Source: Mobula hypostoma
Taxonomy: Eukaryota
Length of the DNA stretch: 64,000 bases
Assembly (NCBI RefSeq): GCF_963921235.1
Contig: NC_086118.1
Coordinates: 20,834,001-20,898,000 of the forward strand
Direction: 5' to 3'
The notes beneath the pieces were generated by a model that had not been told where the DNA came from, searched no databases, and worked only from the letters and a program-made list of their open reading frames with translations. A program made the position numbers and the translations under genes. Below, one piece after another: positions 12,696 through 25,622 of the stretch (position 1 is its first letter; each line of letters begins with the position of its first letter).

Positions 12696-14649
12696 GTCTA
12701 AATGCACCACTGTGCAACTGGGTATTGGATTTCCTAAAGAATAGACCTTAGATAGCCAGGATGCACAACCGCTCCTCCCTCCCCATCATCCTCCCTCCCT
12801 CCCCATCCTCCTCCCTCTCTCACACGGGTGCCCCCACAGGGCTGTTTGCTGAGCCCATTACTGCATACTCTGCTCATACACGACTGCAAGGCTAAACAAT
12901 GTGTAATCACATTGTCCGATTTACTGATGAGATGACAGTGAGATGGCCTACAGAGAGAAGGTGGAAGAGCTCAAGGCCTGGTGCTAGGCAAATTACCTTT
13001 TCCTCAATGTCAACAAGACAAAAGAGATGATTATCGACTTCAGGAGAGCTCACGCCCCCACTCACACCCCTCTTTAGATCAGCGGCACAGCAGTGGAAAC
13101 TGCAAGCAGTTTTAGACTCCTGGGAGTGCACATCTTGCACAATCTCTCATGGTGCAAGAACATATTGTACATCATCAGAAAAGCTCACCAATGCCTCTAC
13201 TTTCTGAGGAGGCTGAAAACAGTTGGACTACGCACATCAATATGTCATTCTACAGATACACAGTGGAGAGCACCTTAACACTGTATGGAAACTGCACTGT
13301 GGTGAACAGGAATGGGTAGTTAAAACACATCACCGGCACCAGCTTACCCACCATCAAGGATATATATTTGGAAAGGTGCCAGAGAAAGACCAATAACATC
13401 ATGAAGGATCCCAGCAACCCTGCATATGGACTTTTTTCCACTCCCATCAGGGGGAGATGATGTAGTATCAAGGAGCACCAGACTCAAAAACTTTTACTAT
13501 CCCCAAGCAGCAAGGCTGATCAACACCTTCAGCCACTAACTCACCCCTCCGCATGTCCAAAGACCACTACTTTATCATTTCCTATACCTTATGTACAAAC
13601 ATGCCTGTGCTTAGTTTCACTTTAGGGCATACAATCTTTAGAAAGTAATGGAGTACCAATGCTTTAAATTTATAATTAAAAAAAAAAGCTGCTGGAAATA
13701 GCAGGTGTGAGATCAACTGTGGATGGAGCAGCCCTCCTACTGGTTTTGATGTCTCTGAGGTGAATTTTTCCACGATTTACTTACTTTAGTTATGTAATGA
13801 GGTGTGTCAAGCTCTCTTGTGGCATTGTAAATCACCCCTTGTCAGACTTTCACGTCACAAGCACCCTACCCTCCTGTCAATTGAGATGGCCTTCGATTTT
13901 AAGATTAGTCTTTAGGCAAGTCTTTATACAAACACCTACGTGAGTGTTTACCATGTTATGGCAGGTAGTATAGTTGTATGTATTTGAACTCTTCGGCTGT
14001 AGCTTTACTGGGTGGTGGGAGGGGTGGGCACAAAGCTGTTGGAAGGTTTAGAGAGAGAGAGAGATGGAAAAGAGGTAGGGAGGTGGGGCAGAGTAGAAAC
14101 AGATGAGAAGAGTAGCTCACTCTTAATAACTGTGAAATACCACCACATAACAATAGAACTGCATCATCATTTTTTCATAAATACATTTTAAACTTTCCTT
14201 GCAATCTTTTCATCCATTTATGTTCAAAGGATTTTCCAGTTCCAGATGTCTTGAATTGTAGTACTGACAAAATTCTTGCCTGACTTGTATTCTCCTTCTC
14301 TCGATAAACCTGAGGTCGTCCGAAATCCTACCTGTCATTCAAAATCCCCATACTTTGAGACCCATTCTGGCACTAGTTAAGTAAGATTTTGGTTTTAAAA
14401 TTCTCTTCTTAATGATTGTTTATCTCACAGATCGAAAGTTTGAGATTTGCCCAAGGGCATACAGTAGTTTGAAGAAAGCTGCTTCATTTTAAAAAGTCAA
14501 AAGTTATCCCTCTGACACCAGCTATATCCTTCCTGAAATTGGTCACTTGCAGTGCAAGGGAATGAAACAGAATGAAAATCTGTATTATTCTTTGATGTAG
14601 GCTGTTGGGTGCTTTTGAAAATCTTTTTCAAATTTGTTTTATTCTCTGT

Positions 14650-15495
14650 TCAAGAGGTCACCAAGGGTAGAGCAGTGAACATTGTTTGTACGGACTTAAC
14701 AAGGTTTTTCATGCTAGGCTGGCCCTGAAGGTTTGAACACATGGACTCCAGAGTGAGCTATCCATTTGGATGCAAATTTAACTTGGTGATAGGAGGTAGA
14801 AGATCATGTGGGCAGTTTATCACCTGTGAAATGCCGCAGGGTTCATGCTGGGTTCACTTTTGTTTGTCATGTATAATGATCATTTGGATTATAGGTTGCA
14901 TGATTAATAAATTTGCTCATGGTGCCAAGATTAGTGATATAGTTGACAGTAAATATATTGATCAAATGGGAATCTAGGAAAATGAATGACCAATGGAAAT
15001 TAACTCAGACAAGTGAAAAGTAATTTATTTTCGGAAGTTAAATCAGTCTCAGACACTGAGGGCCCTTAATAGTGTTGTGTAACACAGAAACCTCAGAGTT
15101 CATGCAGAATATTCCCCAAAAGTGACATCACAGTTAGGCAAGGTGATTAAGCGAAGCATATAGTTTGCTTTTCTTTATTGGTGTGAGTACAAGAGTTGGG
15201 TTATTAAGTTAAAGCTGCATTTGGAGTATGGTGTGCAGTTCTGATTGTCATGATGTAGGCAGGCTATGATTAACCTAGAGATAATGCAGAAAATGTTCAG
15301 ATGAATGTTGCCAAGACTGGGGGGGGGCCTGGGTCATGAGATTGAAACTGTTTTCCTTGGAGTGAAGGAGGCACAGATAGGATAGAAAGTTGGTCTTTAT
15401 TCCCAGGTAGGGGAGTTGAAAACTTGAAGGCATAGGAATGGGAGAGGCTAGCAGATGCATAGACAAGTTAGGCCTAAGGGCCTGTTCCATGCTGA
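14650..15495 (+). mobile_element. Old decayed CR1 LINE 3' part
   Basis: Degenerate RT and C-terminal remnants (INKFAHGAKI..IVDS; LEYGVQF) and a 3' UTR ending GGGCCTGTTCCATGCTG. Confidence 0.65.
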
Positions 15496-16272
15496 CTGAC
15501 TAGAAGAATATATGAATCATTCTATAAAATCTGTCTTTCTGTAGTACCTTTAATGTAGTAAAATGTTCCAAGACGCTTCACTGGAATATAAAACTAAAGG
15601 TAGATGCAGTGTTTAAGTAGGGCACTACTTGGTTATCAATGCTGCAGAAGAGGCCAGGATTAGAGGAGTATAGAAAGGTCTCAGATTGGAGTAGGTCAGG
15701 AAAGGAGAGAACATGCCAAAAGACTTGTACTGAGGAGTGAGCGTGAGTACGTACACACTACTGTCATTGAAAGGACCATAGCAACATTTTCAGATGTGAG
15801 TAATGTAGTTAAAGATTGAAAAAAAATGGATATGGTATTAGCATGGGCATATAATATTAGCACTGTTACATTAGTAGAAATAAAACATTAAAATGGCTTG
15901 ATTTGAAAAAAAAAATTGGCTTGTTAGTGTGATAAAAATCTGAATTTGGGCACTGATTTAACCTTTTAGTTGAAAGAAGAAATTCATCTTAAGAAATGAA
16001 TGAACAGCATGGACTGGAAAAGCATTTGGTCAGATCCCTGCATTAGCTGATCTTGTTGGCCATTGGGTTATTTCAAGGAAAGGTCATTCGAGCTCATTCC
16101 TAATTGTTGTTCATTGATTCAAGTGAAACTGTTTTTGGGAGGGCTGTTTGTACTGTGTATCATTCTATTCTCTTCCTATTGCCACCCTTGCCTTTACCAA
16201 AAAACTGTAGTATCAATTAGTTTTAATGCCATCAGGAAAGAAGAAAAACATTGAACAAAATGGCAAATATAA

Positions 16273-16521
<249 letters not shown>

Positions 16522-17039
16522 TAAGAATATTTTATAATATATTATTATCTTTTGGTGACTTTTAAGTAAAGTTAAATAATCACTACAACTATCAAAAGCC
16601 ACTTGAGAATTTACTCAGAATGTGGAATTAAAGCAGAGGGGCAGCAAGTGGTATTTTTGCCTTCAACTCTTGTAGTGCTTTGTGTAAGCGTGAAATAAAT
16701 GTTTATAATTTGAGCAATTTAGTTTTTTTTGAATACTCTTTTAGAAGACTGAACAGTCATGTGGATTAAGATACTCCAAAACAGATGTGGATTGCCTTTA
16801 TATGGGAACGTATGGATAACAAGCCTGCATGAGTAAGCATGCGTGGAACAAGTATCTACTGAATATGAGTTGGAGGCACCCTCAATGCATAAGAGAGAGG
16901 GAGGAATACTGAATTAGAGCTTTCCAAGCTGTGTTCCAGAATGATCTCATTTTAGGATTTGAAACTTCACATGATCCCAGATGATAGCTATAACAAAATA
17001 CCAATCAAGTAATACAATAACTGGCTCAAAGCACAAACA

Positions 17040-17340
17040 CAAACACTAATGTGATGTTGACCAGATTTTATTAGTGAAGTTGATTAATGGATAAAAATTG
17101 GCAAGCAAAAAAAAACAGCTGCCAAAGATGTCTGTAGTAGCTTCTTGGGTCCTTATGTATCTGTTTAAGAGAAGATGCTTGTCTTAGACATTAACATGAC
17201 ACTTCTTACAGTGCCACTGGTACTTTGCCTTTGTGCTGCAGAACACGAGATTTTTTTGTGTTCTGGTTTCTAAATTACATTTTGAACTTACTTCTTTCTG
17301 AGCCAGGATGGAAATCTTTGCCACTGAGAAAATGACGGTA
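17040..17340 (-). mobile_element. Possible ancient DeuSINE/SacSINE-like remnant
   Basis: Highly diverged resemblance to the reverse complement of the 5' part of these SINEs (..TTTGAACTTAC..TTCTGAGCCAG..GCCACTGAG). Recognised by eye only. Confidence 0.3.
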
Positions 17341-17947
17341 TTTGGATTCAGTTGACTTGCAATCTATGCGAATAGAATTTCCCTCAGGTCTGCATTTTAC
17401 AGTTCTGATATTTGGCACCACAGTGTTTAAAAATAATAGCTGGAGTAACTCAGAACCATCGCCTCCCCTCCACCCTTTATTTCCTTACCATGCATTGGAT
17501 TTTGACACCCATGAAATCAAGTACATAAGAACTTTATTCCCTCTTCTCACTACCCCACACACTTGCTGCTAAAGGCTTTTGCAACCCAACATGTTGCATG
17601 GCAGGAAAAGCTAGAAATAAACAAGCTCCATTCCCTGTAGTCTGTGAAGTTCTACAGAATGGCTGAGAAGGCTTTCACTCCCACTTGTGCTGTTAAGATA
17701 GTGGGAGTAGAGAGCAGAGCTCAGGTACAAGGATGAACTTGGTTATAGTTTACTGATAGCAAGGTTGAGGGTCCAATGGCTAAGGCAATCCGAGGCACCG
17801 TTTGAGAAGCCATGATATGGATGGTACAGTATGCCTCAAAGATGTTTACACTGCTCAGAGGGATGCGCAATCAGAATGCATCTGAATGATTGATATGTTA
17901 TGGAGAACTGAAATCTGAGAGAGATAATGAAGACTCTAACATGTATA

Positions 17948-19549
17948 CAGGTTTCCCCCGCCATCCGAAGGTAGAGCGTTCCTATGAAACGGTTCGTAAG
18001 CTGGAATGTCATAAAGCGAAGAAGCAATTACCATTTATCTATATGGGAAAAATTTGTGTGCGTTTGCAGACCCAAGAATAACCTACCAAATCATGCCAAA
18101 TAACACATAAAACCTAAAATAACAGTAACATATAGTAAAAGCAGGAATGATATGATGAATATACAGCCTATATAAAGTAGAAATACTTTTCCACAATAAT
18201 TGTCTGCATTGTTCTCTGTAGCGAAAATCTCACGGAAGTGCTGTTGGCATAAACGCGCTCTCCAGTAACCTTTAAACTATGAAGGTGCCAAATCACACCA
18301 AATAACACGAAAAAATACACACCCGATATAAAGTAGAAATAATGTATGTACAGTGTAGTATCACTTACCGGAATCGGGAAGACAGCACAGAGCACACTGG
18401 TGATGGTGTGTTAGGCTGAGTTGTTGGAGGTTGGGGTGGTGCAGTGACCCCCACCCTCTGAGCAGCAACCCGATACCGATCCACAAAGTATGCAGCGGTC
18501 CAGCGGTGGCCGAGACACACTCAGCACATCTTTAAGAAAAAAGCCGAAATAAACAAGCTAATTAATTAGGTGCTGCCCGGCACGTAAATATCGGCCCAGA
18601 TCAGAGGCGACTCAGTCGGCAATCGGCTCTGATCTGGGCCGACATTTACGTGCCAGGCAGCACCTAATTAATTGGCTTGTTTATTTCAGCTTTTTTTCTT
18701 AAAGATGTGCTGCATTCTCTGCGAATTGGTATCTGTCTGTGGGCCGGGGTTTGGGGTGGTGAGACACTGGGGTGTCATCTCGTCTGTTTCCATGAGGGTA
18801 GGCAGGTCATCTTCTTCTATGTCTGCCTGCCTCGATGTGGAAGGTCGAGGTTTGTCATCTGCTGTGGCTGATGTGGAAGGCTTGCTTGACTGCTTAGCCT
18901 TGCACATTTTTAGATCATACAGTTCTTTGTCAGCACTCAAACCATCCTGCAAATATGCCCTAAACCGACGTACCCTTTCAAAATTAAAGTTGTACTTTAT
19001 CATTGCAGTGAAAATCTCACGTAATTGCCTCACGTTCAGTTCGTGGACGACTTCACTTTTGGTCCGTTTGCTACTGCATTCGGTTATGATTGTTATCCTT
19101 CCCTCTACCAATTGCATCAGCTCTTCATCTATCAGTTCTTGGTCATGGGATGCCAAAACCACTTCAACATCATCTTCGTCAACTTCCACAAGCCAAACTC
19201 ACTTTGTTCTTACTTCGTTCACCACGATCGAAACAATTATGTCGTTTTACGCTAAGTATAACACCCTTACGAGCTCTTTTAGGCTTTTCCAATACCTTAG
19301 AACTCATCTTGCTAACAGCTGCTCACAGGCACGTGTTTAAGCAATGCCGGCGAGAATGCCGTTCCGAATCTGGGGGACAGTGGCTGCTCGGGGCGCGCAC
19401 TGATTTTTTCGCGCGCTGCTTTTCCCGCGTGCTGCTTTTTTTCGTAACAGTGAAAATACCTTCTGTTAGCGAAAACAGGTAACTAATGTAGGTCTTTCGT
19501 AACAGTGAGGTTTCATAAAGCGAACGTTCAAAAAGGGGGGGGACACCTG
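17948..19549 (-). mobile_element. Non-autonomous Tigger/pogo-like DNA transposon, internally deleted
   Basis: TA-flanked, with ends CAGGTTTCCCCCG and GGGGACACCTG. Minus strand keeps the N-terminal MSSKVLEKPKRARKGV.LSVK segment and the acidic C-terminal EVDEDDVEVVLASHDQELIDEELMQL, but no DDE core. Confidence 0.88.
18522..18712. repeat. Long near-perfect inverted repeat (hairpin) inside the Tigger-like element
   Basis: CAGCACATCTTTAAGAAAAAAGCCGAAATAAACAAGCTAATTAATTAGGTGCTGCC..CAGATCAGAG mirrored by CTCTGATCTG..GGCAGCACCTAATTAATT..CTTAAAGATGTGCTG. Arms are about 85 bp. Confidence 0.92.
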
Positions 19550-19677
19550 TAATTGAAAGATTTTTTTTCTTAAGCTTCTTTTAAAGTTCTATTTAAAATA
19601 TACATGGAACAGCCAAAAAAAAAGAAAGGCAGAAAGGAGTAAAGAATTATAAGGTGAAACAATCAGAAATCTGCAAT

Positions 19678-19762
19678 GGTCTTGGCCCGAAATGTCGACT
19701 GTTTATTCATTTCCATAGATGCTGCCTAATCTGCTGAGCTCCTACAGCATTTTGTGTGTGTT
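19678..19762 (+). mobile_element. Penelope-like terminus fragment (3' half of hammerhead motif only)
   Basis: GGTCTTGGCCCGAAATGTCGACTG...GATGCTGCC...CAGCATTTTGTGTGTGTT. Confidence 0.75.
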
Positions 19763-20999
19763 ATTCAGCGAAATGTTTGGTGAACATGTGTTTGCTTGCA
19801 GTGTGGAGAAAGCAACATCAGCAGCAGCAAATGCAATAGACTAAATTGAAAAAAGTGTAAGTGATTAATTGCTTCAATTGAAATGTGTGATTGTGAGTCA
19901 AGTACATAGAAAAGGTAGTCGTAGCACTAACATAGAAAACCGCCAGAAGAGAAGAAACAAATGTTTGGAACAATTAATGATTGTATTAGATGTTGTTAAA
20001 GAAACATATTCTCTTTGAAATGCTAAAAGAGCAAGGAAATATTATGATGTATTTCATGGAAAATATTAGAAAAAGATCTATCCTGTGTGGATGCTGCTGG
20101 AGCCGAAAGTAAGAAGGAGGTTAGAACCATCTTGTGGAGAAGGATGAAGGGCAAAATTGAAGGATGGTGTAAGAGTGATTTTGAGGATGTTGTTAGTCTT
20201 ATCTTTGGCTGATATATCCCTCCAGTCTGCTTGCAACTAGTTTGCTTTCATGAGGTATACCTTACAGCATTCGATTTGTAAAGATATAACCCTATAAGTG
20301 TGTGGGCGTATAATTAAAATCTAAAACTGACCATTAGCATTTCTTGTGATCCTCTGTGTTTAGAGTCTGCTCTTATTCTGAAGAGTAGGCAGAACTACAT
20401 TTCATTATCATGCGATTTGTGACAGCAGTAAAAGTTTTATGATCCTTTAATGACCAGTTGATGGTCAAAGTTGACCTTGACTTTTTAGAATTCTTAAATG
20501 ACTGGTGGAGTAATTACTGCAACTGTTCAAAGAGGTAAAATTGTCTGATTTTTTTGGTGTGGTGATTGTTGTTGCCACAGGCAGCTTAAAAATAATGAAA
20601 TTTCTTTGCACGCTGGAACTTAGCTTCATTGTTCGACTGAAATGTTTGACAGGTTTCCTTTGGGCATGAACTGTAAGAGGGTGGATAGTTGCTTCACTTT
20701 AATCATTGCTTTAAAATATTGCAATTATAATTTGCTGTAAGTGCTGGCTGAACAGAAGTTATACTAAGATGAGTTAAATCAATAGTGAATTAATATCGTA
20801 GGCCAAAATTACGTTCTGAACGTGGATTTTTTTTAACTCTGCAGTGCAAACAGAAATATTGGCAAGATATTAGTCTCCAACTGGTGTACAAATAGGTTTT
20901 GTTTCTGTGCTGCAAATTGATCCTGGCATTGCATGACAGGTAATTTTCATGCAAGAACTGTTTCAGAGATTATATAGAATATATTGCAATGTTCACAGT

Positions 21000-21790
21000 A
21001 AATTGATTACCAAAGTACATATATGTCACCACATACAACCCTGAGATTTTTTTTCTTGCAAGCAAACTCAATAAATCCAATAACCATAATAGAATCAATG
21101 AAAGACTGCTCTACCTGGGTGGACAACCAGTGTGCAAAAGACAACAAACTGTACAAATACAAAAAGAAAGAAAGAAAAAATAATAATAATAAATAAATAA
21201 ACAATAAATATTGAGAACCTGAGATGACGAGTCCTTGAAAGTGAGTCCATAGTTTGTGGGAACATTTCAACGATGGGGCAAGTGAAGTTGAGTGAGGTTA
21301 TCCCTTCAGTTCATGCACCTGATGGTTGAGGAGTAATAGCTGTTCCTGAACCTGTTGGTGTGAATCCTGAGGCTCCTGTACCACCTTCCTGAAGGCAGCA
21401 GTGAGAAGAGAGCATGACCTGGGTGGTAGGGGTCCCTGATGATAGATGCTGCTTTCCCAAGACCACACTGTGTAGATATGCTCAATAGTGGGGAGGGCTT
21501 TACCCGTGATGGACTGGGCTGCATCCACTGCTTTTTGTTGGATTTTCCATTCATGGGCGTTAGTGTTTCCATACCAGACTATGATACAGCCAGTCAATAT
21601 ACTCTCCACCAGGCAAAGGCGAATCTTTGCAAACTCCTAAGGAAGTAGAGACGCTGCTGTGCTTTCTTCATAATTGCACTTGCGTGCTGGGCCTAGGACA
21701 GATCTTTTGAAATGTTAACCGAGAAATTTAAAGTTGCTGACCCTCTCCACCTCTGATACCCTGATGAAGACTGGCTGATGGACCTCTGGT
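21000..21790 (-). mobile_element. Rex1/Babar-type LINE 3' end
   Basis: Minus ORFs ESILTGCIIVWYGN and AASIIRDPYHPGHALFSLLPSGRWYRSLRIHTNRFRNSYY, followed by the 3' UTR. Confidence 0.85.
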
Positions 21791-21799
21791 TTTCACTCA

Positions 21800-22011
21800 G
21801 CCAGATTTTTCAATTCCCCCTCCCCTACCCATCTGGCTTAACCTATCACCCTCTAACTCGTATGCCTTCCCCTCCTTCTGCCTTCCTATTCTGGTCTTCC
21901 TTTCCAGTCCTAATGATGGGTCTCACCCCAAAATGTCAACTGTTTATTCATTTCCATGGATGCTAGCTGACTTGCTAAGTTCCTCCATCATTTTGTATGT
22001 GTTGCTCTGGA
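21800..22011 (+). mobile_element. Decayed Penelope-like pLTR fragment
   Basis: Pyrimidine-rich pLTR, degenerate hammerhead (CAGTCCTAATGATGGG..AAAATGTCAACTG) and the TTCCTCCA.CATTTTGT.TGTGTTGC terminus. Confidence 0.7.
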
Positions 22012-22359
22012 CAGTTACACAGATAGGAAATATTTAGAAGAATATGGGCAAAGACAGGCAATGGAACTAGCTGAGTATGCAACTTGATTAAACAAGTTAA
22101 GCTAAAGAGCCTGTTTTTGTGTTTAGAACTCTATACTTCTTTACTATTTGAACAGTATGGGCCAGAGGTTCCCAGGACTCTGAACATCTTGCATTTCTGC
22201 AAGGAGACTTGATCGTAATATCGTAAACTTAAATTCTTTCGTCTATCTTCATAGGTAATCTCCTCCAATGGCAGAGCTCAGACTAGCGTATGTGTTTCAG
22301 CAGTCTGGTGTTGGGTATGTTAACACAATTGCTTACTGGCGTAACACATTGACACAATT

Positions 22360-23340
22360 GTGTTTGTCATATATATTAATGATCTGGATGATGGGGTGGT
22401 AAATTGGATTAGTAAGTATGCAGATGATAAGATAGGTGGCATTGTAGATGATGAGGTAGGTTTTCAAAGCTTGTAGAGAGATTTAGGACAGGTAGAAGAG
22501 TGGGCTGAAAGATGGCAGATGGAGTTTTATGCTGAAAAATGTGAGGTGCTACATTTTGGAAGGACTAATCAAAATAGGACATACATGGTAAATGGTGGGG
22601 CATTGAAGAATGCTGTAGAGCAGAGGGATCTAGGAATAATGGTGCATAGTTCCCTGAAGGTAGAATCTCATGTAGGTAGGGTGGTGAAGAAAGCTTTTGG
22701 TATGCTGGCCTTTATTAATCAGAGCATTGAGTATAGGAGTTGGGATGTAATGTTGAAATTGTATAGGGCACTGGTAAGGCCAGACTTGGACTATTGTGTA
22801 CAGTTCTGGTCACTGAATTATAGGAAAGATGTCAATAAAATTGAGACAGTACAGAGGAAGTTTACTAAAATGTTGCCTGGGTTTCATCTCCTAAGTTACA
22901 GAGAAAGGTTGAACAAGTTAGGTCTTTATTCTTTGGAGCATAGAAGGTTGAGGGGGGACTTGATAGAGGTGTTTAAAATTATGAGGGGGATTGATAGAGT
23001 TGACGTGGATAGGCTTTTTCCATTGAGAGTGGGGAAGATTCAAACAAGAGGACATGAGTTGAGAGTTAAAGGACAAAAGTTTAGGGGTAACATGAGGGGG
23101 AACTTCTTTACTTAGAGAGTGGTAGCTGTGTGGAACGAGCTTCCAGCAGAAGTGGTTGAGGCAGGTTCAATGTTGTCGTTTAAAGTTAAATTGAATAGAT
23201 ATATGGACAGGAAAGGAATGGAGGGTTATGGGCTGAGTGCAGGTTGGTGGGACTAGGTGAGAGTAAGAGTTCGGTACGGACTAGAAGGGCCGAGATGGCA
23301 TGTTTCCGTGCTGTAATTGTTATATGCCTATATAGTTATA
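22360..23340 (+). mobile_element. 5'-truncated CR1 LINE, well preserved
   Basis: YINDLD..SKYADD, then the 198-aa ORF 22519-23115 (KCEVLHFG..RDLGI..LYRALVRP.LDYCVQFWS..LYSLE.RRLRGDLIEVFKI), 3' UTR and a short-repeat tail. Confidence 0.92.
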
Positions 23341-25125
23341 ATTGTAATGGGGGATTTCAATATGCAAGGTGATTGGGAAAATCGGGTTGGTGTTGGATTG
23401 CAAGAGAGGGATTTAGTTGAATAACTATGAGATGGCTTTTTAGAGCAGCTTGTGCTTGAGCCTACTCGGGGAAAGGCTATCTTAGATTGGGTGTGGTGTA
23501 ATAACACAGATCGAATTAGAGAGCTTAATGTAGAGGAACCCTTAGTAGGCAGTGATCATAATTTGATTGAATTCATACTGCAATTTGAGAGGAAGAAGCA
23601 TAAGTCACATGTATCAGTATCGCAGTGGAATAAAGGGAATTACAGAGGCATTAGAGAGGAACTTTCCCAGGTGGATTGGAGGAGGATACTGGCAGGGATG
23701 ATGGCAGAGCAGAGATGGCTGAAGTTTCTGGGAATAGTTCACAAGGCGCAAGATAGATAAGTCCCACAGAGGAAAAAGTTCTCAAATGGCAAGAGTAGGC
23801 AACCATGGTAGACAAGGGATGTTAAGGACTGTGTAAAAGCCAAGGAAAGGGCAATAAGGTAGCAAAAGTGCGTGGGAAGTTAGATGATTGGGAAGCTTTT
23901 AAAATCCAACAAAAGGCAATTTAAAAAGCTATAAGAAGGGACAAGATGAAATATGAGGGCAGACTAGCCAATGATATAAAGCAGTTATATAGAGTAAAAG
24001 GGAGGTGAGGGTTGATATTGCTCCACTGGAAAATGATGCTGGTGGGGTGGTAATGGGGGACAAAGAAATGGCAAATGAACAGTGGATACCTTGCATTAGT
24101 CTTAACTGTGGAAGACACTAGTAGTGTGCCAGAGGTCCGTGAGTGTCAGGGAGCAGCAGTGATTGCCATTGCTATTACAAAGGAAAAAGTGCTAGGCAAA
24201 CTCAAAGGACTTAAGGTGGATAAGTCATCTGGACCAGATGGACTACATCCCAGAGTCCTGAGGAAGGTTGCTGAAGAAGTAACGGATGCATTGGTCATGA
24301 TCTTTCAAGAATCACTTGATTCTGGTATGGTCCCAGAGGACTGGAAAATTGTAAATGTCACTTCGTTCTTTAAGAAGAGAGGAAGGAAAAAGAAAGGAAC
24401 TTGTAGGCCAGTTAGCCTTAACCTCAGTGGCTGGGAAAATGTTGGAGTCTATTATTAAGGATGAGGCTTTGGGGTACTTGGAGACTAAAGATAAAAATAA
24501 GTCAAAGTCAGCATGGCTTCTGTCAAGGGAAATCTTGCCAGACAAATTTGTTACAGTTCTTCGAGGAAGTAACAAGCAGGGTGGACAAAGGAGAGTGGAT
24601 GTCATTTACTTAGGTTTTCAGAAGGCATTTGATAAGGTGCCGCAGATGAGGCTGCTTAACAAGATAAAATCCTATGGTGTACAGGAAATATACTGGCAGA
24701 GTTAGAGGAATGGCTGACAGGCAGGAGGCAGCAAGTGGGCATAAAAGGGGCTTTTCTGGTTGTCTGCCAGTGATTAATGGACTTCCTCAGGGGTTAGTAT
24801 TGGGACCGCTACTTTTCACATGGTTTGTCAGTGATTTTGATAATGGAATTGACAGCTTTGTGGCAAAGTTTGCAAATTATATGAAGATAGGTGAAGGGGG
24901 AGGTAGTGCTGAGGAAGCAATGTGATTGCAGCAGGACTTAGAAAAATTAGAAGAATGGGCGAAATTTACCCAGAAGTTTAATTTATAGGTTGAGTCTGTG
25001 GTAAAGAAGGCAAATGCAGTGTTGGCAATTATTTCAAAGGTAATAGAATATAAAAGCAAGGAGAGAATGCTAAGCCTTTTAACACACTAGTCAGACCGCA
25101 CTTAGAATATTGTCAACAGTTTTAA
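23341..25125 (+). mobile_element. CR1 LINE ORF2 fragment (APE C-terminus, linker, RT), decayed
   Basis: IVMGDFN..EPTRGKAILDWV..GSDHN..KSSGPDGLHPRVL..FQKAFDKVP..GLPQGLVLGPLLF, with frameshifts and an internal deletion near 24960. Confidence 0.9.
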
Positions 25126-25126
25126 T

Positions 25127-25622
25127 GCAGAGAAATTAATGTTCATGCCATCAGGTTGGAGGCTACCCAGGAGGAATATGGGTTGTTCCTCCAACCTGAG
25201 TGTGGCCTCTAGAGGATGCCATGGATAGACATATTGGAATGGGAATGGGAAGTGTAACTAAAATGGGTGGCCACCAGGAGATCATACTTTTTCTGGCAGA
25301 CAAAGCATAGGTACTTGGTGAAGTGGTCTCCCAATCTATATTGGATCTCACCGATATACAGGAGGCCACACTGGGAGCACCGGTCGCAGTATATTACCTC
25401 ACAGACTCACAGGTGAAGTGTCGCCTCACCTGGAAGGACTGTTTGGGACCCTGAATGGTAGTGAGGGAGGAAGTGTAGGGGCAGGTGGAGCACTTTTTCT
25501 GCTTGCAAGGGTAAGTGCCAGGAGGGAGATCAGTTCGAGGGATGAATGGACAGGAGATCCCTGCAGAAAACGGAAAGTGAAGAGGGGGAAAAGATGTGCC
25601 TGGTGGTGGGATCCCATTGGAG
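25127..25622 (-). mobile_element. Penelope-like element GIY-YIG region, decayed
   Basis: Reverse complement is homologous to 61668-62014 (SFQVRRHFTCES..VIYC..GLLYIGE..). Confidence 0.82.

Larger units (their letters stand above)
11660..13560 (+). mobile_element. Rex1/Babar-type LINE fragment split by a composite hAT insertion
   Basis: [32 protein letters not shown] before the insert; continues after 12703 to FRLLGVHI..RKAHQCLYFLRRLK. Confidence 0.85.
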
